Origin: an uncultured Lachnospiraceae bacterium
GTDB taxonomy: Bacteria; Bacillota; Clostridia; Lachnospirales; Lachnospiraceae
Length of the DNA stretch: 26,290 nt
Direction of reading: 5' to 3'
Assembly (NCBI GenBank): GCA_902783445.1
Contig: CACZQX010000069.1
Span: forward strand, 1-26,290
In this document: piece after piece, positions 25,760 to 26,290 of the stretch
How positions within the stretch are numbered: position 1 is the first letter of the stretch
Layout of the letters: every line of letters starts with the position of its first letter
Position numbers and translations under genes: made by a program
Notes under the pieces: generated by a model
What the model was told of the DNA's origin: nothing
Database searches by the model: none
Seen by the model: the letters and a program-made list of their open reading frames with translations, nothing else

Positions 25760-25777
25760 ATGATAAATTATTAACAA
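25760..25777. promoter_or_regulatory. Rex-like operator upstream of the Fe-S oxidoreductase
   Basis: ATGATAA-ATTA-TTAACAA has 2 mismatches to the clostridial Rex consensus TTGTTAA-N4-TTAACAA. A weaker copy is at 25816-25833. Confidence 0.55.
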
Positions 25778-25855
25778 TGCTTGTTTTTTCCTTAACTCTT
25801 TGTTAGCGTATTATTTGGTAGAAATATTAACAATAAATTATTCAAGGAGGTTCAT

Positions 25856-26290
25856 ATGAGCAGATTACAGCATGGCGATACTTATAATACTCAAAATACT
25901 GTTGCCAGACTCATTGACGACTTCACCCAAAGAATCATAGCCTGTCCTCCGGGCATTTGCCCTATCGACTTACAGCTATCTTTCTTGCAAGTCTGTCATA
26001 CTCAAAGCTGTGGAAAATGCGTTCCATGCAGAGTTGGTCTCGGACAGTTAGCCAGCCTTTTAAACGAAGTGGTAAATAACAAAGCCACCGAAAAGACACT
26101 TAAACTTATTGAAGAAACAGCAAGAAACATTATGGTTTCCGCCGATTGTGCAATCGGTTTCGAAGCTGCAAGAATGATTCTTACCGGTCTTGACGGTTTC
26201 AAAGAAGAATACGAATCACACATCAACTCAAAACGTTGTCTCGGTACTTTCGAGCAGCCTATTCCTTGTGTTGAACTTTGTCCTGCACAC
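25856..26290 (+). CDS. N-terminus (145 aa, runs off the window) of an Fe-S oxidoreductase: NuoF-type 4Fe-4S domain fused to the start of a GltD-like domain
   Basis: SD AAGGAGG before ATG 25856. Manual translation: MSRLQHGD...ACPPGICPID...QSCGKCVPCRVG...ADCAIG...QPIPCVELCPAH. Not in the ORF track because there is no stop in the window. Confidence 0.85.
   Translation, partial: MSRLQHGDTYNTQNTVARLIDDFTQRIIACPPGICPIDLQLSFLQVCHTQSCGKCVPCRVGLGQLASLLNEVVNNKATEKTLKLIEETARNIMVSADCAIGFEAARMILTGLDGFKEEYESHINSKRCLGTFEQPIPCVELCPAH

Noticed and set aside
25525-26226. Minus-strand ORFs 25525-25755 and 26002-26226
   Set aside because: The first spans AT-rich promoter DNA without an SD; the second is antisense to the Fe-S oxidoreductase frame.
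1-26290. CRISPR array, IS element, prophage or defence-system genes
   Set aside because: No regularly spaced repeats or transposase, integrase, phage or known defence motifs were seen, and nearly all of the window is accounted for by intact host genes.

Overview
This is an AT-rich, Clostridia-like (probably Lachnospiraceae-type, by inference) chromosomal window made mostly of housekeeping genes on the minus strand. Read 5'->3' on that strand there are three blocks. (i) GT2/GtrA glycosyltransferase - phosphodiester glycosidase - membrane-anchored hypothetical protein - glutamine synthetase III - OmpR-family regulator - short histidine kinase, all tightly packed. (ii) Cyclophilin, tRNA-Gln(CTG), acyl-ACP thioesterase, CvfB, TraX-like protein. 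(iii) CdaR/PucR regulator - ftsE - ftsX - coiled-coil/M23 peptidase - S41 protease - soluble chemoreceptor - GntR - uvrB - uvrA; uvrA runs off the left edge and is missing from the ORF track. Plus-strand genes encode a YjfB-like small protein, a thermonuclease, a double zinc-ribbon + TPM-domain pair (YdjG/YdjH-like) and the first 145 codons of an Fe-S oxidoreductase at the right edge. I see no transposase, integrase, prophage or CRISPR array. The most unusual signals are non-coding. First, an ~80-nt GC-rich, multi-palindromic segment sits between the only good Shine-Dalgarno and the uvrA start; it encodes a 25-aa Cys-rich TTG uORF whose stop overlaps the uvrA ATG. Second, three back-to-back hairpins plus a CCCTCCCT motif lie in the 215-bp gap between convergent genes at 18.4-18.6 kb (candidate sRNA). 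Third, two T8 runs fill the spacer of the predicted glycosylation-operon promoter. All functional calls come from motif recognition by eye; no database searches were run.
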